Assembly: GCF_001194135.2 (NCBI RefSeq)
Contig: NC_068994.1
Location: 60,063,996-60,127,928 of the forward strand
Length of the DNA stretch: 63,933 bases
Reading direction: 5' to 3'
Source: Octopus bimaculoides
Taxonomy: Eukaryota
In this document: positions 39,261-52,535 of the stretch, one piece after another
How the letters are laid out: the number at the start of each line of letters is the position of its first letter
Position numbering within the stretch: the first letter of the stretch is position 1
Position numbers and translations under genes: made by a program
The notes under the pieces: generated by a model
Told to the model about the DNA's origin: nothing
What the model saw: only the letters and a program-made list of their open reading frames with translations
Database searches by the model: none

Positions 39261-39699
39261 GTGTATTTATTATACACGCACACTACTTCCTTCTTTACAG
39301 ACTACACCATTACTTTTGTTTTACCTTAGAAATGTAAAAATGTGAAGGTCTGTCCAACTGCAATATGACATTCAAATTCCATGCAGTTTCAAGTACCTAT
39401 TGGTAGTTCACACATCCCTTCCTCACCACTGCTTAAACCCGTCGTTCTTCTGTATTTCCCCTAATTTACCCCATACACAAATATGCTACGAAAAATGGTA
39501 GTTTTGTATATATAACATTAATTTAAATCAATGTAAATCTACCAAAAAAAAAGTGCAAATAGTATAATTTCTTAGGCTAAAAATGAATTTTCTCACAGAT
39601 TCACCCCAGGTTATAAACATTGTGGGTCTACAGCTAGCTAAATCCTTGCTGAGAAATAGAATGCATCTCATGCAGCAATTTCTGTATTTAGCAGTGAAT

Positions 39700-40460
39700 A
39701 TGGGGCGGCAAGCTGTGTCAACCATGTGCTTCTAAAGTATTACATTAACACACACACGCAGACATGTAATATCGGGAGCCATGTGTTTCCGTCGCCTAAA
39801 CACACAGGTAAGTATGTCAATCCAAGGTTGAGCTGAAGATACGTTACATAAAAATATTCATTCACTATATGTTTGTTTGTTTTTTTATATATATTAATAA
39901 TCGGCTAAAGTTACGGAGTGACTCAAGGCCCGAAAGTTTCGTGCGTTGGCACTTATCTTGTTTGCACCACGAAACCCATTTACTAATATCTATCTACATT
40001 CTCTCTCTCACACAACGACAAAGTGGAGCCAATACGTGTATCGACGATGAGTTTGGTGTTCCATCTGCAGTAGTCGTCGTCCGGTTGACACTCGTCGGCG
40101 AATCAACTTTGCTATAAAATCCGGTAATCCGTAAAAATTTAGCTAAAATCCCTCGTCCCAGCCACTCCTTCCTTAACTTCAAGATTTCAATGAATTAAGG
40201 TTTTTTTAACGAACTTATTTCGGATAAGAACATGTCAGACCCTGCTCAGTCGGCACTGCGACATAGTTTCAATTCGTAGCTAAAACTGATTTCCTTCATT
40301 GAATTATAAAATGCACGTCAGAACATTCCATTACCCTAAGTGCAACCAACTATTACGGTTTAAGGCCGCACCGCGAGCGAATGACTCAGTGTTTTCTGCT
40401 GCAGTGACGGCGACATATTTAATGTAATATCGGTTAGATGACTGGATTATCAAACAGAGG
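39700..40460. promoter_or_regulatory. CpG-retaining promoter-like region at the edge of the CpG-rich domain
   Basis: Abrupt rise in CpG density seen by eye, with a plus-strand donor CAG|gtaagt at 39808. Confidence 0.45.
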
Positions 40461-41697
40461 AGCAGCAACAGAGATAGAAACTATTTAAAATCATCGGCAG
40501 TAGTTGTAATAAATTCAAAATGACTTAATTAAAAGGTACTAAACTAATGGTGGGGAGGGTTACGAGGTTGAAAAAAAAAACAAATTGGAGAAATAAGTAA
40601 ATTAGCTAAATAATATCCAGGGTGTTTTAAAACGTTTTAAAGATGGCAAGGGATTCTTGCTCAAACAATCATAACTGAAAATTATATTAGGAGGGGAAAT
40701 AGAAAATTGTAACCTTCAGGCTTTAGATATATATTAATGACATTAGCAAAGTAACATAATTTCAACAGAGAATCGAAAGGTAAAATACGACTCCGATAGG
40801 ATTTGAAATTAAAATTATGAAGGGCCGAAATGGCAGGTTTTTAAGGGAAACAATAATGAATCTGGATAAAAAGGAGATGAGTAAATTGAAACGACCGTGT
40901 TTGAACGACTTCATTAGGTATAGTAGTGAAAGGCAATCAGACCGCAATAAATTGGACTTGAAAAACAGAGGAAGACACCAAAGTTCGAATGGTGTAAGTT
41001 ATGCAATTCAGCGCCAGGTAAAAAGTCAGGTGTACGTGAATAGATTATGATAAACTATAAATGTACAAGATAAGAGGGTCGAACAACATGAGTCAGTGAA
41101 GAGGTGAAAAACATATCTCTCTTTCCTTCGCACTCTCTCCATATATATATATTAAGCTGTAATGCTATAAAAATGACTGAAGGGCCGACATTTTGTTCGT
41201 TGCGATGTGTGTGTATTTAGGGGAAGACGACCAGCCAAGTGGCTAAAATTAAACCGTTATACCAACTGATATCATTGTCTGAGAGAGAGACAGAGCAACA
41301 ATTGAGGTTGAAGTACCTTTGTCTCCGTATGGAAGAGAGTAGATATCAGTTCTATTAATGCGATAAGTTCCTTTTCACAGGACGAATTTAATTAATACTG
41401 TAACACCACCAAAAGCAAGAATTCTCTACCTGGATTCACCTTCCTATATACACTAATACTTGGGGGGGGGATGCTTAAATGTCAAATTCTTATTTCTCGT
41501 CTGCAATTGTGTAAGAATTAAATGAATGAGCGTGAGGGGGAGCTATGTTTTGTATTCAGTTTCTTGCCATCTCTTCACAGAATGTCATCCGAATTTCAGT
41601 GATGTCCAGTCGAAGGGAACCGCCAACAGCTTCAACCACACCAGTCCCGACTCAGTGGAGGACATTTAGTGAAATTCCTGTCGAGGTGAACATCTAA
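39781..41697 (+). other. Candidate spliced antisense transcript with a 47-aa smORF (exons 39781-39807 and 41581-41697+)
   Basis: gccATG-MCFRRLNTQ|gtaagt, then acceptor ttcttgccatctcttcacag|NVIRISVMSSRREPPTASTTPVPTQWRTFSEIPVEVNI*, with a further donor GTG|gtaagt at 41795. Confidence 0.3.
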
Positions 41698-42874
41698 AGA
41701 GATCAACAGTTGATTGTGGCCACCATATCATTTCTCCCCCAAGTTCCAGTAATTTTGGCGAACATATGTAATGTCGACTAAACTAATTTCAGTGGTAAGT
41801 TCATTTATCTTTTCGAGGAAGATAAGTCATCTTCGGTCGAAATGAGGATTTATTTGGCCTGTAGGGTGGATTGCTCCCATAGCCTTCATTCAGAAACCGA
41901 GGATATCGACAAGGTCTGATGTTCTTAAATTAAAAATTGACGGCTGAAGAGGAAACCGGGAGGGGATTCTCGTATGACATACGACGATATGGGGAAGGAC
42001 GGGAAATGTGCAATTCGTGTTTTATGCACACATGGTGTAAGATATCTTGATCGTCTATATTACATAAAACGAGCGGCAAAGATCCGGTTGACGACGACCA
42101 AGTTATAACAGAGATAGTACACTACAAAAGCAGCAGGTGAATAGAAAGTCTGAAGTGGAGGTGTAAGAAAATAAGCAATTAGGACACGTTTGTAGTCTAG
42201 GTCAACGTAGCCTTTGGTGGCTTTGGAGGAGTCGAGTGAACAACATTAGTAGGTTGGTGCACAGCCCAGGCTACCAGCTTCGCTATTTAATGATATATGA
42301 AAGCTAATATAAATGTCTCGTTATATCTATTTGTCTGAGATTTTTTTTTAATTCTCAAGACACAAATTACCGTTTAAAAGTACATACATTAGGTCGTCGG
42401 TGGAAATCTAAATTGATCTCAAAATATTGAAGATATTTTATCGATCTATCGAATGGTGACCAGCATCACGTTTGATATGAACAATTTCTCAAAGGTATTC
42501 GAATCTATGGCTAAATTCATGTCTACGATTAGGTAAAAATCATTTAGGAATACCTGAGCAGACAACAGATGAAAAGGGAGTTATGAAAAAGAATTTAAAG
42601 AATTAAAACAGAGAGGAGGGAAATATCGTAGAATGGTACAAGGTGAATATTATCATCATTACCTCTCACACCACAAAAAACAAAAAACCTATAAATGTCG
42701 TCAAGCTCAACAGAAGAATGGTATCTATTATAATAATAATTACAATAATAATGATTTCTTTATCATTTTATTAAATAATCTCCATGTCGCGCACATACTG
42801 TTGTGATGTATATATGCCTGTATATTTGTACCCCAGTGTCATTTCGATGGCATGAGCAGCTCTCTCTCTCTCTC

Positions 42875-43000
42875 AATAATGGGTTTCAAATTTTGCCACA
42901 AGGGCAGCCATTTTGGCGAGGAGATTAGGGGATCACATCGACCCCCAACGTTTCACAGGTACTAAATTTATCGACCCCCCGAAAGGTTGAAAGGCAAATA
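42875..43000 (-). mobile_element. tRNA-SINE fragment with CpGs intact
   Basis: aaatttatcgaccccccgaaaggttgaaaggcaaa is the same core as 28.6 kb, which reads ttatcaaccctgg. Confidence 0.75.
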
Positions 43001-43617
43001 ATAGGAGAGTAGAAGACAGTAGTAAGAGGATAGTTTAACCCCAGGTCAAAACTAAACCAGCAGGAGCTATGATCAATAACACTGAAACCGTAATCATCCT
43101 TTAGTTTATTCAGATATTACCTTTGAGGCTGTCCTCAAATCCTACCTTTACAGTAAGGTAAGATTTGAAAAAGATTTGGTTGCTATTTTTAGCAAGTTGG
43201 ATGTCCCTGTAGAGACACTACAATTTTACTAATGTCTCGGGAATGTGAATCCTTCAGATAAATTATCCATTAACATTATCGGGGTCGTTGCATTAAATAT
43301 TACAGGATATCTTTCGTTAATATTTCCCTGTTGTCAATCAAGACCCTCTTTAGATCTAGAATTTATAAATAAATTGTATTTTAATTCTTGAAGACTAAAT
43401 AAAATATGCGAGACAAGAGGGGGGCGAGATGTTTCAATGGAATTTGGTGAGATTGTAAGTTGTGACAGATGGTTTTAAAGATGGTAAGGCTGAAGAGAGA
43501 GAGGGAAAGTGTCAACGAAGGATGGCAAGAATTTGGTGCAGCAGGAGGCAAAGTAAAGAGCAGCAATTTTTCTTCCTTCGTGCTCAGACTTCATCTCTCG
43601 GAGAAATGAAGACGGCA

Positions 43618-43649
<32 letters not shown>

Positions 43650-44080
43650 GATAGATAGATAGATAGATGATATATATAAAACATGAATGTATGTATGAGA
43701 GAGGAGGGAGAAGAGGATGCAGACAGGTTGATAGTTATAGATAGCGGCCTCTATTATAAGACTGCTGGATTCATAAACTATTTATAGGAATCGATAGATG
43801 GATGGATGGACAGTGTATGTGTGTACCATAAAAAAAGAGTAAATTTCATATTTTAATATAGTGACTGCATACATATTTACACACACATACATATATGTAC
43901 ATACATACATACACACCGAACAGTGGGGGGGGGCATGCGCACGCATGTGTATATGAATCTACACACTGGAGTTAAGAGGGCGACGATGCGTGAAATAAGT
44001 ATGTAGAGGTGTATATAGGGAAGGGGAAGGTAGTGCGATTAGTTAATGAACAACCGTGTGTCTACCTCCATCACATTTAC

Positions 44081-44111
<31 letters not shown>

Positions 44112-45143
44112 TACACATATATGTGGATATATATATTAGAAGGCAGATGTAGAGAGGTGTGTGTAATGGCGATAGAGTGGGACGTGGAAGAGGGTCGCCA
44201 TGGAATGAATGTCGAGGGAGAGGCATGTCCTCCCACCAAATAAAGTTCAGTTTCAAAAAGGTCGCGACAGTTATGGGTTAATATCTTAATGAATCCTTAT
44301 TTTCGCTTGCCGAATGAGCAGAGGCGATGGCCGGCCCCAGGAGGGCAGAAAAGGTGCAATTGTAGGTGGATGAGGTGAAGAAGTTTATGGCTTGAGAAGG
44401 GAATTTATAAAGTTTACAATTATGGATGGGTGGGGGAGAGTTTATAAAGGGAAAAGTTAGGGAAATGTAGGAAAACGATCAACCTGAGTCAGATTGCTGT
44501 GTTATGAAGGCAGCAGTTTTTGGCAGCGCAAGAATATGTTGAGATGGCAACAGGAGAGAATGAAGGGCATTTGAGGAATTGGTGGATTTAGAAAATAAGG
44601 GAAGTTTCTCAATCAGAACCGATTAAAATCGTTGAGAGGATTAATGGAACAATATGTAGAGTAAGAAACACCTGGTAAAAGAGAAAAGACGATAGGCAGA
44701 CATAGAAAATATTTCTGTACAAGCTGCGGTATACATTAATATATTCAGAGAAAAAGCATAGAAAGCAATGAGTGAAGGTGTGAGTGAATGTCTGAGTGTG
44801 AGTGAAGATCGAAGAGTTGGGAGAAGATATAATACGTGTGTGTGTGTTAAACGGAATATGGAGAGCAGACAGAGGGGAAGTCTAGAAACCAACAGATGAC
44901 AGCGGTTTTGAGAGGGTGGATAATGGTAGAAATCGGGTAGAAAGGTGAATAACACAAACGGGACCCTCCTTTATTTATACAATGTTATCCATATTCATTG
45001 CATTCGGTAAAGTTGTTTGATTATTGATGCCCTGCCCTGTTTGAGCGACCGAAGGGTTACAAGTGTCTATATGCATTATTTCGAAGTACATTAAGTATGT
45101 GTCAAATATATGTGTGTGTGTGTGAGTGTGTGCTCAGGCTTAC

Positions 45144-45300
45144 CTTAGTGATTGAGGGAGATCGGAGATAAGAAAGTGAGAGAGAGAGAGGAGGAGGAGG
45201 GAGTTAAGGTGTTAGAGAGAAATGTATGAAAAAAGAGGGGGAACGGTATGAAAGTGAGAGGAAAAGGGAGAGACTAAGACAAGTGAGAGAGTGGAGTGAT
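45144..45300 (-). other. Candidate CT-rich alternative first exon
   Basis: Donor AAG|gtaagc at 45143 next to a GA/CT-rich tract. Confidence 0.3.
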
Positions 45301-45750
45301 TGCGCAAAAAAGAAGCAGTGAGAAAGAGAGATGGGTGGAGTTGAAGGAAATCTAGGAAGAATGCTAGGATAAGGTTGAGAGGGGGATTAAGGAGAGAGGG
45401 TGTGTAGAGAAAGGCAGATAGATTTAAAGGAGGGAGGAAAGGAAAGTGATCGAAAGAGAGTGAGGAAAGGAATGCAAGGAGAATCAAGAGCAATGAGTGT
45501 AAGATTGCACTCTGAAAAAGGAAAAGACGAAGTAAAGTGAAATAAAACCATTTGAAGCAAAACTAAAGCAAAGAGATGAAATAAACTGCAAATCTTTTAA
45601 CAATTTAGGAAAAATGCCTGAAAGCAATTTTCTTGTTTTTTTGTTTTCAAATAAGGGATCAACAAACGTGAAAAATACTAAGAAGTATCCGAGATGAGAT
45701 TTTATGGTTTTAAAGCTGCATAAACCGGGAAAACCAAGAAGACGACTTAC

Positions 45751-46045
45751 CAAGCAGTCTAACTGTTCCTTGGCCTGGCGCACACCACCGTATCCTCTAA
45801 AAAGTGGAGACACACACTCACTCCCTCACTGACAGCCGCCTAATGTGACCCACATCCAAAGTGCGGCGCCGGGCATACATTAACATATGCAAATGAAGCC
45901 ATGGCGCCGCTCCTTGTCTTTCGCCACCATTGAGAGTGCTACAACTGCTGCTGCTGCTGTTGCTTCACTCGCCTAGCCGCCGCCCCACTATGCAAACGGA
46001 GGAGGCGGAGGTGGAGGCAGTTACACCCTCCCCGCTCTCTTTAAA
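45751..46045 (-). promoter_or_regulatory. GC/CpG-rich first exon and core promoter of the minus-strand gene
   Basis: Donor CTTG|gtaagt at 45750; appears to be the most GC/CpG-rich segment of the window; octamer ATGCAAAT at 45887-94; several short uORFs; GA-rich tract upstream at 46050-46610. Confidence 0.55.
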
Positions 46046-46562
46046 GTTAACTTTACCTCTTCTTTGTCTGTACTTTCTCTTCCTCTCCCTCTTTTCCCTA
46101 GTCGTCTACAATACACTCCTCTCTCTCTCTCTCTTTCACATACTCTCCCCTCTTCCTCTATAACGCTAGTTTATAGCCTTATCTCTTTCTTTCTTTATCT
46201 CTCTCTTCTATTTTCTAAATTATTATAGATTTTCTCTTTTTATCCCAGTCTCCAGACATTGCTCTCTATATTTCTCCATGTTGTTTCTCTGTAGTTTTAC
46301 TCTTCTTCCTTCTCTCTTTCTCTCCAACCAACTCCATTTTTCCTGTCTCGCTATTTCTCTCTCTCTCTCCCTATCTTTCTATTTATCTATCTATCTTTTT
46401 TCTACCCTATCATGCACTTTTTCTCTCTGTTTTTTTTTTTATCACACTTCCTCTCTTTTTCTTTCTGTCTCTCTATTAGTCATTCTCTCTCTTCTTTCTT
46501 GTATCTGTTTATCTCTTTTCCTGCTCCCTATCTTATTCTTTCTTTATCTCTTGCTCTCTCTC

Positions 46563-46613
<51 letters not shown>

Positions 46614-47889
46614 CCTTTTAAAACCCAGAACAGCTGACCACACCCAAATATTTCTTGTCTGCAAAATCTCTCGGAAAATCTGGCTGTCAGACAGCTCAGT
46701 CCAAAACGAAGCTATTAGTCACGTTATGATAAAGAGCTGCAGCAAGTTGTGTCATTATGATGAGTGAGAAGCAAAAGGTCGCTGGTTCATATCTCGTCAC
46801 CAACCTTCTGGCCTCGTGGAGTTGTGTTAGTATGACATGTCAGTCAGATGTGACCTTTTTCTGGAATTATTTGAATGACATACTCCTAAGCAAAAGGATG
46901 ACAGTTCAAATGCTATCACCAAAACACTCAACTCCCTAAAATACCAATCTATCTAGCTGTATATCAACATCAGAAGTAGAAATTCACTCCCATGCACAGA
47001 CCATGGTGTCTAAAAAATATGTTTCATGAGCTTAGTTCTCTGAGAAAATGGACTCTGATGTTCTTATCCTGTCCACCCTTACCTTCCAAAATAGATTTTC
47101 TTTTCAATGAGAATTGGTAAAGTTGCTAAAGCTTTGAGCACAGTATTTATTCTGATCATCTGCGTTCTAAGTTCAAATCCTACCAAGGTTAGCTTCACCT
47201 TTCATCTTTTCAGGTTCAATAAAAGGACAAATCCAAGATGGTCTGTTGGTGGAACTCTTTGACCAGATGTCTTGTGATACTTGTTTGACTTTTGAATTCT
47301 GAGTACAAATCCTGCTATCAGTGCCAACTTAAGGTACTGGGCAGTCGCCTGGAGGCTTCAAGGATCTAAGTGCCCCGTTCTAATCTATATATTACTATCA
47401 ACAGATAAATACTATAGGGATCCAGGGCATTGATTTACTTGGGGCCTGTAATGACTATGCTGTCTACTTAAGTGGTAGGGTTAACCTGTATCCCAATTTT
47501 ACTCCCCACCACATTCTAACTAGGTCACCTGTAGAGGAGTTCACTCTATTGCAAGTATCTGGAACAGTTTTCTGGGAGGATGATACTCCCTCCCTTCTCA
47601 TTCCCTCTATTCTTGAAGACTCTGTGAAAGGTCTTAGGAACTACCTTCTCTTCTGACTAAAAGATTTTAAAATGTTTTGTCTTCAATCAGTGAGAATGAA
47701 ATGGCCAAATGAATAGGACATGGGGAAAATCAGCAAAAAGGTTATTTCTTGCAGTGTGTCTCTAGCCATGATGTTCTTAACTAGCTCAGTTCACTCAGCT
47801 GTAAGTTGATACCACAATGTGGGAACAACTCTGCAGAGTAAGCTATGTTAGCACTACGAAACTGATGTTTGTAGCACCAAAATCAAGTT

Positions 47890-48005
47890 AATCTGTGGCT
47901 TCTGCCAGAGCCTGGTGTAGCCATCTGGTTCACCAGTTTTCAGTCAATCATCCAACCCATGCTAGCATGGAAAGCAGACGTTAAACGATGATGATGATGA
48001 TGATT
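47890..48005 (+). mobile_element. RTE-tail type SINE 3' end
   Basis: tccaacccatgctagcatggaaagcagacgttaaacgatgatg. Confidence 0.85.
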
Positions 48006-49046
48006 ACAAGTGAAAAAAATATTCAATGATTTCCAGATTCACCATCATCAATCAACCGGCCACCATCAGCAGCAAATGTAATGCTGTACATGTTGTTGCT
48101 CTGGAATTTCTTTCATTAGTTCTCACTCTTAGCTGCCAGGATTAATTCTATTTTTAATCAACTCCGAAAGATTAAAGGCAAAGTTGATCTTGGCGGCATA
48201 TGGAGCCCAGAGAGTAGGAAAAATACCACAAGTCATTCTTTCTAAGGCCATGTTTGCTCATGGCTTAACTAAAACAGCCCAGAAATATAATGACACACCC
48301 GTAGTCATGAAATCCTAGTCATTGAATAAGAACCAATGAAATTGAGCAAATCAATTCCACTAACTTTACAAAATGCATAGCTGTCTGCTGGTGTTAAAAA
48401 TCACTTCTTGAAGCAGCAGTGCAATATCATATCCATTTTGGCCTATATTTATGAAATGTAAAATGGTTATAAAAAGGAAAGACATGAGTTGAAGTTAGCA
48501 AAAGGCTCCCTTAGCAGTGAATATATCACCAGGGTAACAGAACTTTATCTTCTAATTCAAGTGCAACAATGATCTATCAGTTTTAGAGCTGTTGTGTGCC
48601 TAAATAAGAAGTGACGAAATAATGGTTCTACCTCACCGACCAACTGGTCAGATTTAGTATAAAAGGTTGAGGAGAAATAGAGTGACTGCTTGGTACAAAG
48701 AAAGAGAACAGGTAGAAAAAGAAAGCAGGTAAACAAAAAAAGGACATGGTAACAAAGGTAGTACTGTTATTGTTGACTTTTGGCCCAATGTTAAGTGACC
48801 TAACATAACACTTGACCAGTGTTACTGACACTTCATTATCATTGATTTACAAGAAAACTGTTTCCCATGCAACTGTCCACCAATTTGTTTGACCACATCT
48901 TTACTCATTTCGCCAATGCATCCCTATATTAATGATATGTCCATAGGCAGGGATCGGACAATTTTATATGAACACTGCTTCATAACAACTGAAATTACTC
49001 CATAAGCAAGCAAAATTAAAGTTTCATCATCATTATTATATATATA

Positions 49047-49353
49047 TAGTGGTTAGAGTGTTGAGCTTACGATCGTAAGGTTGTGAGTTCGAATCCCAGA
49101 CCAGGCTGCATGTTGTGTTCTTGAGCAAGACACTTTCTTTCCCGTTGCTCCAGTTCACTCAGCTGTAGAAATGAGTTGTGACGTCACAGGTGCCAAGCTG
49201 TATCGGCCCCTTTGCCTTTCCCTTGGAGAAGGGAGGCCAGTATGCATGGGTGACTGCTGGTCTTCCATAAACAACCTTGTCCGGACTTGTGCCTGTGAGG
49301 GTAACTTTCTAGGTGCAATCCCATGGTCAGTCATGACCGAAGGGGGTCTGGGG
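49047..49353 (+). mobile_element. Well-preserved tRNA-derived SINE with a CORE-like middle
   Basis: A-box TAGTGGTTAGA, B-box GAGTTCGAATCC, then tgtgttcttgagcaagacact. There is no complete cloverleaf, so it is not a tRNA gene. Confidence 0.85.
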
Positions 49354-49369
49354 GTCTCAGCTCATATAT

Positions 49370-49455
<86 letters not shown>

Positions 49456-49783
49456 ATGTATGTATGCATGTATGTCTCTCTCTCTATCATTCTCTTTCTA
49501 TAAATATAATATAATATATCAGATTATGATGGAGATCTAACATTATGGAAGAATCCATCCCAGGAGATAACAAATGGAATGAATTTTACTTCATAGTTTT
49601 ACACACTTAAAACATTTACCAAATTTTATCTCAAGCTGCATCGTATGTGTCTGACTGTTTTTTTCCCCCTCTATCAACTTTTAACTTCTTTTTCTGTTAT
49701 ACATATTTTTCTTTCTATATGTAAATCTGTATACATACACACATGTTCATATGTACTCACATACATACACACATTTTTATATG

Positions 49784-49823
<40 letters not shown>

Positions 49824-50914
49824 ACTATGTGAGGTTATATGTGTATTTCAAGTTTAGACACTACACTAAACTCTTGTGTGAATGCACCAGTTGCTTATTC
49901 CTGAAACTGAATGGTGAAATAAAACATTGAAATCACTTGATATTATGGAAGACAATAGAAATGAAATGTGCCAGGATGAAGAGAGGGTCAGCCACTGACC
50001 ATGTCTAGTGTTGCATTCTTTTGTTCTTTGGGTGTTACTAAATACCTTAAATACTATTGTTTTTAAGTGCCTCTCTTCTATTTTAGTAGAAGTAAATAGA
50101 TAGCATCTAATTGAGATAAACTATTACAATGTTTTAATATTGATGTTGTTGTAATTAGCAGAAAGAATGACACAAGGATCATGACAAGGACATTGTTTTC
50201 TTCTGGTTGTTAAATGAAACCCAAATGAAATAAAAACCACACAATTCTTTAAGTTTGTAACTGGTTTTGTCTGCTTTCATGGAATACAATATATTGTAAC
50301 TTTATTCCATAAACTGACTCTATAGATCACAGTTGTCCAGTCTTCAGCAGACAAATGGTTCAACTCCCAAAGTTGATTCCATTCATGTTTTCCTGTCTGA
50401 GGAGTTGTTACCTGTTTAACATTTCATTTTATTTTTCAGTTTCTTAAAAACATTTATTTTCTAATTTCTCAATGCTCTGAACAAACTGAAAGAGTCAATG
50501 TCTATATTTTAAACAAATAATTAATATTTCATGATATTAAAAAAAATATTGTTTTATTTTGGGAAGGTCATTTTTTTTTTTTTCTTGCCAAATAAACACG
50601 AGTGCTGTAAATTCATTCTTCACTCATTTTATTATTGTTCGTATTTTATCTTATGTCCATTGTCTGGAAATCTTTTGTCACACACCTGTGACCTCTTCAG
50701 TGAGTCTCACACACACACACACACACAGATACAAATACAAACACATGCACAGATAAGGACACACACCATAGAAATACAAAATGGACTAAACAGAACAGGA
50801 GGAGACATGTGCATGTGTATATGCATGTCTGTGTTTTGTATGTGTGTTTTGTGTGTGTGTATATGGGTGCACTTACTATATTGTTTGTGTCTGTGCTCTT
50901 TATATATCATTACC

Positions 50915-51190
50915 ATCATCATCATCATCATCATCATTTAATGTCCGTTGTCCATGCTGGCATGGGTTGGACGGTTTGACCGGGGCTGGTAAGCTGGAAG
51001 GCTGCACCAGGCCCCAGTCTGATTTGGCTTGGTTTTCTACAGCTGGATGCCCTTCCTAATGCCAACCACTCTGAGAGTGTAATGGGTGCTTTTATTATGT
51101 GCCACCAGCACAGGGGCCAGTTGTGTGACACCAGTGTCTGCCATGACTACGATTTCACTTGGCTTGATGGGTCTTTTCACTTGGCTTGAT
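50915..51190 (-). mobile_element. RTE-tail type SINE
   Basis: (cat)n-ttaatgtccgttgtccatgctggcatgggttggacggtttgac. Confidence 0.9.
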
Positions 51191-51629
51191 ATAGTTCTTT
51201 TTATTTATAATTTTTATTTTTCATTTATTTACTTAATTATCTCTATTTTCTTTATTTTTATTTCATCTTACGTATGTGTAAGTGTGTCTTTTGTATGTGT
51301 GTGTGTGTGTGTGTGTGCGTGTGTCTTTTGTATGTGTGTGTGTGTGTGCGTGTGTGTGTGTGTATGGGTTTATGTATTATGTTTGTTTCTTTTTGTTTCC
51401 CCCTCTGTCTTTTGCCGTCATGTTGCATTGTGCATTGGAGGTGCATAAAACAAGGAAGCTCTTATATGGTCTTTCAACCAATTAGAAATAGTAGTCAATC
51501 TCTCATAAATCACACTCTGTCGTTTTATGTAGAGGTTTGGCTGCTATTTCTAATTTGTCTTGTATTCTGTTCCTTACACACACATACTCACACAATGGTG
51601 CTTACTCTTGAAATAGTTGTGGATTTCTG

Positions 51630-51813
51630 ATGGGACTCATGTGATTGACTCATATGGGACTCATGTGATTGACTCATATGGGACTCATGTGATTGACTGA
51701 AACAAATTTTATCATCATTCCATTCCTTCATTATAACTGCTGTGTCACAATATATCTGCTTTGTCACAATATACCTGCTTTGTCACAATATACCTGCCCT
51801 GTCGCAATATATC
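51630..51813. repeat. Two adjacent minisatellites (24-bp x ~3 and 19-bp x ~4)
   Basis: ATGGGACTCATGTGATTGACTCAT at 51630-51699 and TGTCACAATATAYCTGCYY at 51743-51813. Confidence 0.9.
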
Positions 51814-52442
51814 AGGAAGACTGGTTATATGGATTAAACCCAGGCATTCAAACAACCACCCATGTGCCATATGTTTGATCAATGCCGACAGAATCTATTC
51901 AACAACAACTAACAGAGCACGCCTTCCCAGACACCATGGCAACGAATTTAACAAAGAGATATTGATTTTTAAGACAACTACACACGTTTTGGGTTTGAAT
52001 GACCGAAACAGAAGGAGTTTTGAAAATGTTTCCAGGTTTCTTAAAAATATTTAATTGACTGAATTAGAATTTTTTTTCAGAAACTAATTCTAAAGCAGGC
52101 CATAAAGTTCTCTTTTACTGCACTTATTTCATTATAGAAAAATATTGATTTCTCTTTTAAGGACAAAGCTACAAATACTAAGGAAGAGGTATAGTTAATT
52201 GTACCAGTCGTATTACTGGTACTTTTTTTATTTACACCTCTGGAGAGGGGTAATAAGTAGGTCCTGGCAGTGGGATAAATTTCAACTCTGAACATAAACG
52301 GTTCATAACTAAATAATGACAAAGTATTTTTGTTCAATGTTCTGTTTATTCCATCATTACATATTGTCTGTAAACTTCGGAGAGGATTAACTAAAATTTA
52401 GAATGTTTCAACCTTAGCACACATTGAACACACATATAACGA

Positions 52443-52535
52443 CTGGTATTATATTGTTACTGTATTGGTATTATATTGGTATTATATTGTTACCATATTG
52501 GTATTATATTGGTATTATAGTGTTACCGTACTGGT
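52443..52535. repeat. 11-bp minisatellite (tggtattatat)
   Basis: Seen directly. Confidence 0.85.

Noticed and set aside
45484-46637. ORFs 45484-45813, 45930-46163 and 46278-46637
   Set aside because: Non-ATG starts, read-through of a splice donor, or (CT)n-derived Leu/Ser runs.
49047-49110. tRNA gene
   Set aside because: A and B boxes only, with no acceptor stem. It continues into a SINE body.
51630-51813. CRISPR-like array
   Set aside because: Head-to-tail repeats without unique spacers, in a eukaryotic context with no cas genes.
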